Assembly (NCBI GenBank): GCA_035264195.1
Contig: DATFQQ010000217.1
Location: forward strand, 2,028-66,027
Direction of reading: 5' to 3'
Origin: Candidatus Sulfotelmatobacter sp.
Lineage (GTDB): Bacteria > Acidobacteriota > Terriglobia > Terriglobales > Acidobacteriaceae
Length of the DNA stretch: 64,000 bases
In this document: in pieces, positions 9,166 to 19,156 of the stretch
Position numbering within the stretch: the stretch's first letter is position 1
Layout of the letters: every line of letters begins with the position of its first letter
Translations under genes and position numbers: made by a program
Notes under the pieces: model-generated
Seen by the model: the letters and a program-made list of their open reading frames with translations, nothing else
Told to the model about the DNA's origin: nothing
The model's database searches: none

Positions 9166-11031
9166 TTACGACTTTAGCAACAAGTAGGTGCTGTAGTTCT
9201 CCTTATCGATGTTCATGAACGGCCGCATGGTTACACCGCTGCCATCCGCGGCATTGGCCAGCCAATCACCTTTCGCGTTGTTGGCTGGCCTTGCCTGTAA
9301 CAGGGCGTTTCGCTCGACGGTTGGTTGCGAATCGGCGACGGCAAACAAGACAACTGGACCATTCAATAAGGCGACGAGATTCGGGTGGTTGGCGTCGACA
9401 GTCTCAAGACGTAGAGGCATTGGCAGCTCCAGTTCGATCCGATCGCCGTCGCTCCATGTGCGCTTGATCGCCGCGAACGTTCCTGGTTGCACCGACTCGG
9501 AAGCACGTTTGCCGTTGACCGACAGCACTGCGTCGGCAGTCCATCCGGGAATGCGGACATGAATCGTGAAGTCAGACGGTTTCGTCGCTGACACTTGCAT
9601 CTTGACCGTGTTCGCAAGCGGATAATTTGTCTCTTGCGTCAAGCCATAGTGGCCGCCTCCGTCCGTCCACTGGACTTTGGAGGGCGTGAACAGGTTCACG
9701 CACACTCCGTCCGCCGAGCGGAGATAAGTGCTGATGTGGTAGTCGGCCGCCAACTGGGGGAATGTTCCTGAACAGCACGGCCATTTTTGTCCGTACCAGA
9801 CCTTTTTTCCGGTGTTGGCATAGTCGGAATAGTAGAACGAGGTGCCATCGGCTTGAATCGGCCAAGCTCCCAAAATTGTGTTGTAGAGGATGCGCTCCAT
9901 GCTGTCGCCGTATTTCGAATCCTTCGTGACGCGCAACAGATAGCGTGTGATCTTGAAGTGGCCGTAAGCGCCACACGGAGTTTCGAAGCTGGCGTGGGAG
10001 TCAGTCAGGCTGTTTCCGAGTTGTCCGGTTCCGGGCTCGCCGAAGCTCTCGTTGGGACCCCATCCGCCGGTCGCGAAGCTCTGCGTTGTTTGCAGCATTT
10101 CGAAGCCATTCTTGGCTGCGCGCAGGTGCTTCTCGCTTCCCAGAGTAATGTATGCCTGCATGGCGGAGCTGAAAGCATTCACATGGCTATAAGCGTGCTC
10201 GAAGGGCAACACGTTGTTGCCCTGAGACAGCGGGTTGAAGTAGGTATCGTCTTCCAGATATTTCTTGGCCATCTCACGATAAAACACGTTGCCAGTGCGT
10301 TGATACGCGAGGAAGAGATTCTCGGGTAGTGTGTAGGTCTCATCCCACGTGTACGCAGTGTCTTTGTGCGGACGGGATCTCTGCTCCTGGCGCGAGAGAG
10401 CTTTTTCGGGCAGATACGGGATGATTGCGTGCGTGAGTTTGTCGTGAATCTGCATCGCCAATGGATCGCGCGCATATTCGTGGGCATCGATCAGGCCGCA
10501 GGATAGTTTGTCGTAGGTGTAGGCGGGGAGCCGGTAGTCCACGAAGAACTTGGCTTTCGGGTCGAGGGTCTCGCCATAGCCTTTTACCAGGCGGTTGATC
10601 TTCGCGCGAGTCTCCTCAGAACCAGTGACGGCGTACGCTCGTGCCAGTCCGGATACGTATTGCCCGAAACTGTGGCCGGGAATGAAGCCGTGAAAATCGT
10701 TATGTTCAAGACTGAATCCGCCAATGTCGTACCAGCCGCCCATATCTGCGCCGGGCGCGGGCAGTCCAGCCATCTGGCGAAAGACTTTCAGCATGCTGTC
10801 ATCGTCCAGATGAAGGAAGCGAGCATGATTTTCTTCGAACTGGCGCTTCATCGGACCATCGAGCAACTGGACGTCGGAGTAGGGAAAGGTCGCCAACGCC
10901 GGGGTAATTACGACCGAGCCCTTAAGTTCCCGGGAAGAAGCCCAAGCGGGAAGGGAAGTGACAGCGTATGCCGAAGCGGTGATCGCCCCTGCGGACACAA
11001 GAAAACTACGACGCGTAACGGAAGAACTCAT
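9166..11031 (-). CDS. DUF1680/GH127-family glycoside hydrolase (putative beta-L-arabinofuranosidase-like), Tat-exported
   Basis: Twin-arginine signal MSSSVTRRSFLVSAG. GGAGG RBS. Family-typical E..C (FETPCGAY) and Cys-Cys (KWPCCSGTF) motifs. Collinear with the other two GH127-like ORFs. Confidence 0.8.
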   Translation of the reverse strand: MSSSVTRRSFLVSAGAITASAYAVTSLPAWASSRELKGSVVITPALATFPYSDVQLLDGPMKRQFEENHARFLHLDDDSMLKVFRQMAGLPAPGADMGGWYDIGGFSLEHNDFHGFIPGHSFGQYVSGLARAYAVTGSEETRAKINRLVKGYGETLDPKAKFFVDYRLPAYTYDKLSCGLIDAHEYARDPLAMQIHDKLTHAIIPYLPEKALSRQEQRSRPHKDTAYTWDETYTLPENLFLAYQRTGNVFYREMAKKYLEDDTYFNPLSQGNNVLPFEHAYSHVNAFSSAMQAYITLGSEKHLRAAKNGFEMLQTTQSFATGGWGPNESFGEPGTGQLGNSLTDSHASFETPCGAYGHFKITRYLLRVTKDSKYGDSMERILYNTILGAWPIQADGTSFYYSDYANTGKKVWYGQKWPCCSGTFPQLAADYHISTYLRSADGVCVNLFTPSKVQWTDGGGHYGLTQETNYPLANTVKMQVSATKPSDFTIHVRIPGWTADAVLSVNGKRASESVQPGTFAAIKRTWSDGDRIELELPMPLRLETVDANHPNLVALLNGPVVLFAVADSQPTVERNALLQARPANNAKGDWLANAADGSGVTMRPFMNIDKENYSTYLLLKS

Positions 11032-11048
11032 GCGAATCCTCCAGTTCT

Positions 11049-11062
11049 GGGAAACGTTTTCT
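11049..11062. promoter_or_regulatory. LacI-type operator GGGAAACGTTTTCT
   Basis: Centred on CG at 11055-11056. It lies 3 nt downstream of the minus-strand -10 element and 18 nt upstream of the GH127-like start codon. Confidence 0.6.
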
Positions 11063-11064
11063 CA

Positions 11065-11093
11065 ATTTTGGTGGAGCGATCCAGCTTTGTCAA
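11065..11093 (-). promoter_or_regulatory. sigma70-like promoter TTGACA-N17-CAAAAT (minus strand)
   Basis: Reverse complement of 11088-11093 is TTGACA. Reverse complement of 11065-11070 is CAAAAT. The spacer is 17 nt. Confidence 0.45.
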
Positions 11094-11132
11094 TTACCCG
11101 GATCACATTTATGCACAGCAGCGGTGATGCTA

Positions 11133-12095
11133 CTAATGCGCGAGAGCACCCTTGAGTGCGTCTTCAATTTCCTGCAGTTCGGCGGATTGAAGCCGGAACT
11201 GTCCCGCACCGACAATTCCAGCGACCTGCTGTGGGCTGCGGAACCCGACGATCGCACCCGTGACGGCCGGGTGATGCAGAGTCCACGCGATCGCTACTTC
11301 GCCCGGCGTGCGTCCATGTCGCTTACCGATCGCGCGCAGAATTTCGACCGCTTGCAAGTTTTGCGACAAAGCAGGTTCTTTGAAGCCCGGCAGATTGCGC
11401 CGCCAATCCTCGGGCAGGAAGTTGGCGACTCGTTCTCGAGTCATCGATCCGGTGAGCAGTCCGGCGTACATCGGCGAATAGACGATCACTCCGATGTTCT
11501 GGGCGAGGCAGAAGGGAAGAATATCGTGCTCGATGTCTCGCCTCACTACGGCGTACGGGGGCTGTAACGATGTGATTGGAGCGATGGCCTGGGCGCGTTT
11601 CATCTGCGCTACGCTGAAGTTTGAAACGCCGATATATCGAACCTTGCCTTCCTGCTTCAATTTGGCCAGTTCTGACCAACCTTCTTCAATGTCTTCGTCC
11701 GGCTCTGGCCAGTGGATCTGATACAGATCGATAACGTCGGTTTTCAACCGGCGCAGGCTGGCCTCGCACTCGCCACGGATTGAGGCTGCTTTGAGCGATG
11801 CTCCGATCTTTCCTTTCTCGTCCCAAACGCGCTCGCATTTGGTGAAGATGTACGGTCGAGGTGTGCGTCCCTCGAGAGCGCGAGCGACCATTTCCTCGGA
11901 GTGGCCCAGACCATAGAGAGCGGCGGTGTCGATCCAATTCATTCCGTGGTCCAGAGCAGTGTGGATCGCAGGAATCGAGTCGCTGTCGTTCTGCGGACCC
12001 ATGCTTCCGTCCCAACCGCCACCGCCAATCGCCCACGCGCCAATCCCTATGGGAGTGATGTAAAGGCCGCTATTGCCAAGTTGACGCTTTTCCAT
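11133..12095 (-). CDS. aldo/keto reductase
   Basis: MEKRQLGNSGLYITPIGIGAWAIGG...WIDTAALYGLGHSEEMVARAL...LYQIHWPE is the classic AKR (Tas/YhdN-like) layout. Confidence 0.9.
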   Translation of the reverse strand: MEKRQLGNSGLYITPIGIGAWAIGGGGWDGSMGPQNDSDSIPAIHTALDHGMNWIDTAALYGLGHSEEMVARALEGRTPRPYIFTKCERVWDEKGKIGASLKAASIRGECEASLRRLKTDVIDLYQIHWPEPDEDIEEGWSELAKLKQEGKVRYIGVSNFSVAQMKRAQAIAPITSLQPPYAVVRRDIEHDILPFCLAQNIGVIVYSPMYAGLLTGSMTRERVANFLPEDWRRNLPGFKEPALSQNLQAVEILRAIGKRHGRTPGEVAIAWTLHHPAVTGAIVGFRSPQQVAGIVGAGQFRLQSAELQEIEDALKGALAH

Positions 12096-12155
12096 TCCCG
12101 TGTCCTCGTTTCGCTCCGACCAACAAGCTACACGATTTGCCCGTCGGGCGGCCAG

Positions 12156-12169
12156 TGTAATCGCTTACT
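12156..12169. promoter_or_regulatory. LacI-type operator TGTAATCGCTTACT
   Basis: Fits the AAnCGnTT core, centred on CG at 12162-12163. It is about 65 nt upstream of the AKR start, in the divergent AKR/GH51 intergenic region. Confidence 0.45.
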
Positions 12170-12331
12170 TCAAACGAGTTCAATCGTGCGCCGACCGCTA
12201 AAGCAGACGCTGAGGTAATGTCGTTTAGAGTTGAACCTGTGGCCCATCGTCGGGGAGAGAATGATGTTAGCGCTTATGTTTCATGCGGGTGGGAATCCAT
12301 AAGCCTCGCGGTCGTATTGAGCGAAAAATCC

Positions 12332-12360
12332 TTGACAAGGATTTGCCATCAGAATATAAC
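12332..12360 (+). promoter_or_regulatory. sigma70-like promoter TTGACA-N17-TATAAC
   Basis: TTGACA at 12332-12337, a 17-nt spacer, and TATAAC at 12355-12360. It lies upstream of the GH51/GH127 gene pair. Confidence 0.55.
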
Positions 12361-12374
12361 CCGTTTTGTTATAA

Positions 12375-12388
12375 AGAAAGCGTTTACT
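12375..12388. promoter_or_regulatory. LacI-type operator AGAAAGCGTTTACT
   Basis: Centred on CG at 12381-12382, 15 nt downstream of the TATAAC -10 element. Confidence 0.55.
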
Positions 12389-12518
12389 GGAGTGGCCACC
12401 GTCCGGGCTATCTCATCTTTTTTAAAGCACTCGGGAGAATCAGTCTTCGTCCGCGAGTCGAAACTCGATCCTTGTCACCACCTTTCCTTAGTCGGAGGAC
12501 TTCGCAACAGCGCGGCTT

Positions 12519-14165
12519 ATGAATCAATTTTCCAGTACCAGGCGACATTTTCTAAAACAGTCTTTAATTGCCGGCATGGCATGTTCAGCAAACGCGCTGA
12601 TAAGCGGGCCTATGGCGTTCGCGAAGAGCGCTCTTGGGCAGGGTGCAGCTTCGGCAAAGTCTGCGCAGATTTATGTCGACACGCGACGAACGATTTCTCC
12701 AATCGACAAGAATCTTTTCGGATCTTTCCTGGAGCACCTTGGCCGAGCCATCTACGGTGGAATCTACGATCCCGGCTCGAAGCTGGCAGACTCGAATGGC
12801 TTTCGCAAGGATGTGTTCAGCGAAATCCGGCAATTAGGCGTTCCGATCATTCGCTATCCAGGTGGGAACTTTGTCTCTGGCTACAACTGGCTTGACGGCG
12901 TTGGACCGGCGCAGAGTCGTCCGCGAGTGCTGGATAAAGCATGGAATACCATCGAATCCAACCAGTTCGGAACAAATGAATTCCTCGCGTGGTGCAAAGC
13001 TGCCGCTACGAAGCCGTTGATGGGACTGAATCTGGGAACGGGAACTCCCGAGGAAGCCGCCGCTCTGGTGGAGTACTGCAATGTAGATAAAGGAACCCGC
13101 TGGAGTGATCTACGCAGGCAGCACGGCGTAGCCGAACCGTGGAAGGTCCAACACTGGTGTCTGGGAAATGAAATGGACGGTCCCTGGCAGATTGGCCACA
13201 TGACTGCCACGGAGTATGGCATGAAGGCGCAGGATGCAGCGCGTCAGATGCGGAACGTCGATCCAGACCTCAAGTTGATTGCTTGTGGATCCAGCGGTCC
13301 TCTCATGCCCACTTACCTCGAGTGGGATCGGGAAGTGCTCGAGCAGTGCTACGACTATGTCGATGGCCTGTCACTGCACCGCTATTTCGGAAACTGGGAG
13401 CGAGATAGCGGAAATAAGACGGAGAACTATCTGGCCTTGAATTTGAGCATGGAACGTCAGATTGCAGAGACGCTTGCTGTGTGCGATCTGGTTCGCGGTC
13501 ATAAACGATCTCCGAAAAAACTCTGGCTGTCTTTCGATGAGTGGAACGTCTGGTATCGAACTACCGGGGGCGACGACGTTGATGGAAATCGGAAAGAAGC
13601 TCCGCACTTGCTGGAGGAGGTCTACAACCTGGAAGACGCGCTTCTGGTCGGAGGGCTGATTAATTCGCTGCTGCGAAACGCGGATCGAGTGAAACTGGCT
13701 TGCCTGGCGCAGTTGGTCAATGTGATTGCTCCGATCATGACCAATGCCGGCGGATTATTTCAGCAGACGATCTACTACCCATACAGCTGGGGAATTCAAT
13801 ACGCTCGAGGTGCTGTTCTGGATGTCTTAGTCGAATCGTCCACGTACGAGGTTGAGGGGCTCGATCAAGTCGGATACATCGATGTCGCCGGATCGCTGAA
13901 TCGCGATGACGGAAAATTGTCTCTGTTCATTCTGAATCGTGATTTGTCGAAGTCGCACGACGTCGAGATTGTCTGGGAGGACGCTGCGCCCGGACGAGTC
14001 ATTGCTGGATCGTTGTTAACCGGGAATGACCTGAAAGCGTCGAACAGTTTTGGAGCGCCAAAGAAGGTTGCACCGCAGAGCTTCACTGTTCCCGCGGCAA
14101 CCGGTGGACGAACAAAGTTCGAAGTTCCAGCGCGGTCATACACAGTGGTTCAGTGGTCCCTATAA
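12519..14165 (+). CDS. GH51 alpha-L-arabinofuranosidase, Tat-exported
   Basis: Twin-arginine signal STRRHFLKQSL. GH51 hallmarks are present: YPGGNFVSGYNW, the acid/base region WCLGNEMDGPWQ, and the nucleophile region WLSFDEWNVWY. Confidence 0.9.
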   Translation: MNQFSSTRRHFLKQSLIAGMACSANALISGPMAFAKSALGQGAASAKSAQIYVDTRRTISPIDKNLFGSFLEHLGRAIYGGIYDPGSKLADSNGFRKDVFSEIRQLGVPIIRYPGGNFVSGYNWLDGVGPAQSRPRVLDKAWNTIESNQFGTNEFLAWCKAAATKPLMGLNLGTGTPEEAAALVEYCNVDKGTRWSDLRRQHGVAEPWKVQHWCLGNEMDGPWQIGHMTATEYGMKAQDAARQMRNVDPDLKLIACGSSGPLMPTYLEWDREVLEQCYDYVDGLSLHRYFGNWERDSGNKTENYLALNLSMERQIAETLAVCDLVRGHKRSPKKLWLSFDEWNVWYRTTGGDDVDGNRKEAPHLLEEVYNLEDALLVGGLINSLLRNADRVKLACLAQLVNVIAPIMTNAGGLFQQTIYYPYSWGIQYARGAVLDVLVESSTYEVEGLDQVGYIDVAGSLNRDDGKLSLFILNRDLSKSHDVEIVWEDAAPGRVIAGSLLTGNDLKASNSFGAPKKVAPQSFTVPAATGGRTKFEVPARSYTVVQWSL

Positions 14166-14177
14166 AGGAGAGCCTCC

Positions 14178-16244
14178 ATGGCTGATAAAAGGCAAGTCTC
14201 CCGAAGGCAGTTCGTAACATCTGCGGCATCAGTGGCCGCTGCGGCTTCTATACCACTTCGCGCCCTGGGGCGAATTCCGGCGTCGGGAACGCCTGTTCAA
14301 AGCAACGCAAAGTTGACCGACTCACCAGGATGGAAGGATCAGGGCGTCGAGAATCTCGCAAAGTCTCCCCATGCCAAGCTGAGGGATATTCCTGTCCGAG
14401 CCGTAACGATCAACGGTGGATTCTGGGGCCCGCGTCGCGAGATCAACGTAACGAAGAGTATTCCAACGATGCACGACCTGCTGGAAGCCAATGGGCGCAT
14501 GGATAATTTCCGCCGCGTGGTGGGAAAGAGTCAGGCTGCGCAGAAGGGTCCCGTGTTCTCGGATTCTGACGTTTATAAATGGACTGAAGCGGTAGGGTTC
14601 GTGCTGCAGTCAGGCGATCGTCCGGAACTCCGCGCCACCACAGAGAAAATGATCGATGAGGTGGTCGCCGTTCAGGAACCGAGTGGATATCTGAATACCT
14701 ATTATCAGGACGACCGCAAATCACTGCGGATGCTCACTCAGACTCAGACCACCGGGCATGAACTTTACAACATCGGGCATATGCTTCAGGGCGCGATCGC
14801 TTACTATCGCGCTACTGGAGATCGGAAGCTACTCGATGCGGGTATTCGTTTCGTCGACGATTTCTTAATGCCGAATTATGGACCGGCTCCTAAGAAGCCA
14901 ATCGTTTCCGGCCACCCGGAAATCGAAATGGGTCTGATCGAGCTTTATCGGATCACCGGTGACAAACGCCAACTTGATCTTGCTGGGTACATTCTGGGGG
15001 GAGACTCTCGCCTCGATTTGCCGGAGCGGCGGACGATCTACATGTTCAGCGGAACGCCATTTACTGAGCGGACGAAAATGCAAGGCCATGCGGTGCGGGC
15101 GATGTATGCGTGCTGCGGCGCGACCGATTACTACATGGAGACCGGTGACCCGAAGTACTGGCAGACGCTAAATACTCTCTGGAATGACATGACCAGTACG
15201 AAGATGTACATCACCGGCGGAGTCGGTTCGCGGTCTGATGGAGAAGCATTTGGGGACGCGTACGAGTTACCGAACTTCCGTGCCTACGGCGAAAGCTGTG
15301 CTGCCATCGGCAACATGATGTGGAATTGGCGCATGCTGGCGGTTACGGGCGATGCGAAGTTTACGGATGTGATTGAGCGCGCTCTCTACAACGGAATCAA
15401 TTCCGGCATGTCTCTGGACGGCACTCTGTATTGTTATCGAAATCCCTTAGCGTTTGATCCGTCGACAGGCGACAAGATACGTAATCCCTGGTACGACGTG
15501 ACTTGCTGCCCACCGAATCTGGAGCGCACGTTCGGATCGCTTCCTGGTTATTTCTACTCCACGAGTGCCGACGGAATTTATGTGCACCTCTACGACGACT
15601 CCGAGCTTAACTGGCACCTTGAGAATGGAGTGGGGCTCAAAGTGACGCAGAAGACGAACTATCCGTGGGATGGCGCGGTGGACATTGCGGTTGAGCCTGC
15701 GTCATCTTCCGAGTTCACTTTTTATGTGCGGATTCCATCCTGGACTGATCGTGCGCAAGTTTCTGTTAACGGAAAGGAAGTCAGCGGTGCGACTCCAGGA
15801 CAGTATCTGCCGATCAAACGCATATGGTCGGCGGGGGATGTTGTTCAGCTCAAGCTGAATGTAGTGCCGCAGGTTGTGGAAGCGAACCCGCGCGTGGCCG
15901 ATGACACTGGCCGAGTTGCGGTCCAGAGGGGGCCACTCATCTATTGCCTGGAGGAAATCGATCAGCCAAGCGGTATTCCTCTCAGCGAAGTGGCAGTGAA
16001 TCCGGGCCGCCAACCGGCAGAACAATTTCAACCTGAGTTGAGAAAGGACCTACTCGGGGGGATGATTGTGCTGCATCACGACGGCGCAGTCTACGAGCGT
16101 GGTTCGGCGGAGAAACTGCTGTACTCGCAGTACAGAAAGGAATCCGACACGCGCAAGGTTCCGCTCACGTTCATTCCGTATTACGCGTGGGCCAACAGGC
16201 AGGCGACTTTTATGCAGGTCTGGAATTTGTTATTGCAGACCTAG
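14178..16244 (+). CDS. GH127 beta-L-arabinofuranosidase (HypBA1-like), Tat-exported
   Basis: Signal QVSRRQFVTSAAS. Canonical GH127 motifs are present: YGESCAAIGN (Glu-x-Cys) and DVTCCPPNLERT (Cys-Cys at 15504-15509). It starts 12 nt after the GH51 stop. Confidence 0.9.
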   Translation: MADKRQVSRRQFVTSAASVAAAASIPLRALGRIPASGTPVQSNAKLTDSPGWKDQGVENLAKSPHAKLRDIPVRAVTINGGFWGPRREINVTKSIPTMHDLLEANGRMDNFRRVVGKSQAAQKGPVFSDSDVYKWTEAVGFVLQSGDRPELRATTEKMIDEVVAVQEPSGYLNTYYQDDRKSLRMLTQTQTTGHELYNIGHMLQGAIAYYRATGDRKLLDAGIRFVDDFLMPNYGPAPKKPIVSGHPEIEMGLIELYRITGDKRQLDLAGYILGGDSRLDLPERRTIYMFSGTPFTERTKMQGHAVRAMYACCGATDYYMETGDPKYWQTLNTLWNDMTSTKMYITGGVGSRSDGEAFGDAYELPNFRAYGESCAAIGNMMWNWRMLAVTGDAKFTDVIERALYNGINSGMSLDGTLYCYRNPLAFDPSTGDKIRNPWYDVTCCPPNLERTFGSLPGYFYSTSADGIYVHLYDDSELNWHLENGVGLKVTQKTNYPWDGAVDIAVEPASSSEFTFYVRIPSWTDRAQVSVNGKEVSGATPGQYLPIKRIWSAGDVVQLKLNVVPQVVEANPRVADDTGRVAVQRGPLIYCLEEIDQPSGIPLSEVAVNPGRQPAEQFQPELRKDLLGGMIVLHHDGAVYERGSAEKLLYSQYRKESDTRKVPLTFIPYYAWANRQATFMQVWNLLLQT

Positions 16245-16255
16245 AGTAACGAGCT

Positions 16256-17986
16256 TCACCAGGAGAGACTGAGCAGGGACAGGCCTTGCCGGGGCAGGTC
16301 AAATTCTATTTTGAGAATCCCTTGTTTGATCGAGACCCGTTCGGGCGCGGTCAGCAGCTGAAGCTGTCCTGCTTTCTGCAGTTCGTCTCTTTGACCTGTG
16401 GACAGGGCCTCCGGCGATCCCAGAGATTGCCACACTGCAAACGCATTGCTGTGGTGGGAATCCACACGGTAGTGTTTGAGGAGTCCATGCTTCACTTCAG
16501 ACGGTAAGCTTTCGATCTCCAGGTCGATTGCCGTAGTTGGAGAAGAAATGTCGTCGTCATGGTAGTTCCACACCAGAACTTCAACTTCGTGTTCTTTGCG
16601 TGTAGCGATGGCGCTGACGTCGGGATTCTTACGGACTCCGCTCGTCACAACGTCGTCGCTGCGTAGTGCTCCGGAACTGCTTACGTCCACTCGCTCATTC
16701 CCGAGCAGATCTAACATCCGAAACGCGTTCAGCACCGGCTTATCGATGCCATTGGTGGCGAGTTCCCGGAACCCTGCAAAGGGTGGTTGATCCTCAAACT
16801 CAAAGGCCCAGGTAACTGCTCCCATGAAATTGATATGTTCCCGACGCGCGAGCTCGAGGATATGGTTCAGGACTTCGACTGTGTAAGCTCCATACAGGGG
16901 CCCATTGCGATAGAGGTTCTGCGGGTTTTGCTTCGCGGAGCAGGCGGCACAACCTTCCGGATCGGACTCGCCCAAAATAATAGGAGTGTGCTGCCATTCC
17001 GGAAATGACGCCACGATTCGAAATCCTTCCTGTATGGCGCCGAGTTGACGGCTGATTCCCATCTGCACGTGGTCGTCCAGCCATTTAGGCGATCCTTTGG
17101 GGTGAAAACTGATGAAGTCCAGACGCGCTGCATTCTTGCCGGTCGCGTAGTTTTTATCGTGCGCGCAGTGCTGTAGGAAAGCGCGCAGAAAGTCGGCAGC
17201 TTTCGCATTGCCGGGGCCAGTTGTGTCGGGTCCTCCGATTCGCGCTTCCGGGAGCGCACGAAGGACCGACTCCACTGTGTAGTCGTAAAGCTTGAAAAAC
17301 TCATCCCGCGTTCCTTGCCAGTAACCAATGTCAGGTTCGTTCCATACTTCCCACAGCCACGTCTTTACTTCGGCATCACCGTAGCGCTGGCGAAGATGTT
17401 GAGCAAACTGAAAGACGAGATCTGCCCACTTCTGATAGTCCTTGGGCGGATAGGCCCATCCGGTAAAGATCCCGCCGACTGAGTTACTAGGGAAGGTGTG
17501 ACGATATGGTTCCGGATGCACGGAGAGCGCTTCCGGCATGAAGCCAATTTCAATCAGAGGCTTCACTCCAGTCTGATGAAATGTGTCGAAGATGTGGTTG
17601 AGGATCGTCCAATTGTAGACAGGGTGTCCAGATGCATCCTCTGTGTAGACATTGGTCGAACCCCATTTCAGCGAAGCTGAGCCGTCTCCTGAAGTGAAGA
17701 GGTTGTGAACACGTACGTATGTCGGGGATGAGTCGAGAGCGGCCAGTTCGCCAAGCAACTTCTTTCCGTTTGGAGCGTAGGTATAGTTCGGCTCGTCGTA
17801 GCCAAAGTAGCTCCACACGTTGCGCCATGGAGTACCAGACCCGTTGAACTGAACACGGATGTCAACTCTGTCGCTTTGTTGTGCTGCGCACAGACACGTT
17901 GTGCCAAAGACTAGAAGAAGGGATGCTGCCGGAAACAGCAACGCTGTGGCGAGATGTCGACGGCACCTTGAGATCCAGTTGTTCAT
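16256..17986 (-). CDS. GH39-like glycoside hydrolase (beta-xylosidase family), secreted
   Basis: ORF 16256..18142, trimmed to the ATG at 17986 to avoid overlap with the upstream gene and to give the signal MNNWISRCRRHLATALLFPAASLLLVFGTTCLCAAQ. WLWEVWNEPDIGYW is the GH39/clan GH-A acid/base NEP motif. Confidence 0.75.
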   Translation of the reverse strand: MNNWISRCRRHLATALLFPAASLLLVFGTTCLCAAQQSDRVDIRVQFNGSGTPWRNVWSYFGYDEPNYTYAPNGKKLLGELAALDSSPTYVRVHNLFTSGDGSASLKWGSTNVYTEDASGHPVYNWTILNHIFDTFHQTGVKPLIEIGFMPEALSVHPEPYRHTFPSNSVGGIFTGWAYPPKDYQKWADLVFQFAQHLRQRYGDAEVKTWLWEVWNEPDIGYWQGTRDEFFKLYDYTVESVLRALPEARIGGPDTTGPGNAKAADFLRAFLQHCAHDKNYATGKNAARLDFISFHPKGSPKWLDDHVQMGISRQLGAIQEGFRIVASFPEWQHTPIILGESDPEGCAACSAKQNPQNLYRNGPLYGAYTVEVLNHILELARREHINFMGAVTWAFEFEDQPPFAGFRELATNGIDKPVLNAFRMLDLLGNERVDVSSSGALRSDDVVTSGVRKNPDVSAIATRKEHEVEVLVWNYHDDDISSPTTAIDLEIESLPSEVKHGLLKHYRVDSHHSNAFAVWQSLGSPEALSTGQRDELQKAGQLQLLTAPERVSIKQGILKIEFDLPRQGLSLLSLSW

Positions 17987-18024
17987 CACGGATAGAGTTG
18001 TCTCCACTCTTGCGATCCGGCGTT

Positions 18025-19152
18025 CTAGCGTGTGGAGAATTTGAAAACCGTTACGGTGTGATAGCGCTGGCCCGGCTTTAACTCCGCGGTAGGAAAGTCC
18101 GGATGGTTCGGCGAGTCCGGGAAGTGCTGCGTCTCGAGACATAGTCCCGCATGCAACTCATAAGCTCTTCCGCCCTTGCCCTTGATCGAACCATCGAGAA
18201 AGTTTCCACTGTAAAACTGGATGCCGGGCTGATCCGTTAGCACTTTCATTACGCGCCCCGTCGAAGGGTCGTACAATTCTGCGGCTTCTGCCAACTGTCC
18301 TTCAGGATGGTCAAGCACCCAGTTGTGATCGTAGCCGTGGCCGAGATGAAGTTGCTCATCGTTTTCGTTGATGCGGGATCCGATCGCCTTCGCTTGGCGA
18401 AAATCGAAAGGCGTGGACTGGACGGCTTTCAGTTCTCCGGTCGGGATCAGTCCCGCATCGACTGGAGTGAAGCGGGAGGCATGAAGTGTGAGTTCATGAT
18501 TCAGGATGTCGCCCTGCTCAGCGAGATTGAAGTAGGAATGATTGGTCAAATTAATGACCGTGGGTTTGTCTGTCGTAGCAGAGTATTCGATGCGTAGATT
18601 GCCACCGCTGAGAGTGTATCGAACATGCGCGCTGAGATTTCCGGGAAAACCCTCCTCGCCGTCTTTACTGAAATAACTCAGCTCCACGCCGTTGCTGATG
18701 GGTTTCGCGTTCCACACGACGTTGTTGAAACCATGGGGTCCGCCATGAAGGGTATTCTCACCGTTGTTTTTTGGAAGAGAATAGTTCTTACCTCCCAAGG
18801 TAAACGTGCCGTGCGCAATACGATTTGCGTAACGGCCGATCAGCGCCCCAAAGAACGCATCCGAAGGACCGTTGAAGTTGCTCACATAACCGTCGACATC
18901 GTCAAATCCCAGAACGACATCTGCTACTTTACCGCTGCGATCCGGGGTTTTGAACGAGACCAGCACTCCGCCGTAGGTTGCGATGCGGGCTTCATGAGTT
19001 CCGTTACTCAACGTGAAGATTTCCACCGGCGTTCCATCTGGCGTCTTGCCGAATGGTTGCCGCGTGACCTTGGTTGCGGCTCTAACCAGCGGAGCGAAAA
19101 GAATGATGCCCAGAATTAATGCGAACAGTCGTGCAGCGGGCAGCTTGAGCAT
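18025..19152 (-). CDS. aldose 1-epimerase (galactose mutarotase family) with Sec signal peptide
   Basis: Signal MLKLPAARLFALILGIILFAPLVRA. Mutarotase motifs are present: IGRYANRI, LHGGPHGFNNVVW, TNHSYFNL. Confidence 0.85.
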   Translation of the reverse strand: MLKLPAARLFALILGIILFAPLVRAATKVTRQPFGKTPDGTPVEIFTLSNGTHEARIATYGGVLVSFKTPDRSGKVADVVLGFDDVDGYVSNFNGPSDAFFGALIGRYANRIAHGTFTLGGKNYSLPKNNGENTLHGGPHGFNNVVWNAKPISNGVELSYFSKDGEEGFPGNLSAHVRYTLSGGNLRIEYSATTDKPTVINLTNHSYFNLAEQGDILNHELTLHASRFTPVDAGLIPTGELKAVQSTPFDFRQAKAIGSRINENDEQLHLGHGYDHNWVLDHPEGQLAEAAELYDPSTGRVMKVLTDQPGIQFYSGNFLDGSIKGKGGRAYELHAGLCLETQHFPDSPNHPDFPTAELKPGQRYHTVTVFKFSTR

Positions 19153-19156
19153 AGGG

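Noticed and set aside
12218-12895. 225-aa plus-strand ORF spanning the AKR/GH51 intergenic region and the GH51 5' end.
   Set aside because: It runs through the promoter and operator and out of frame into the well-supported GH51 gene. The sequence is not protein-like.
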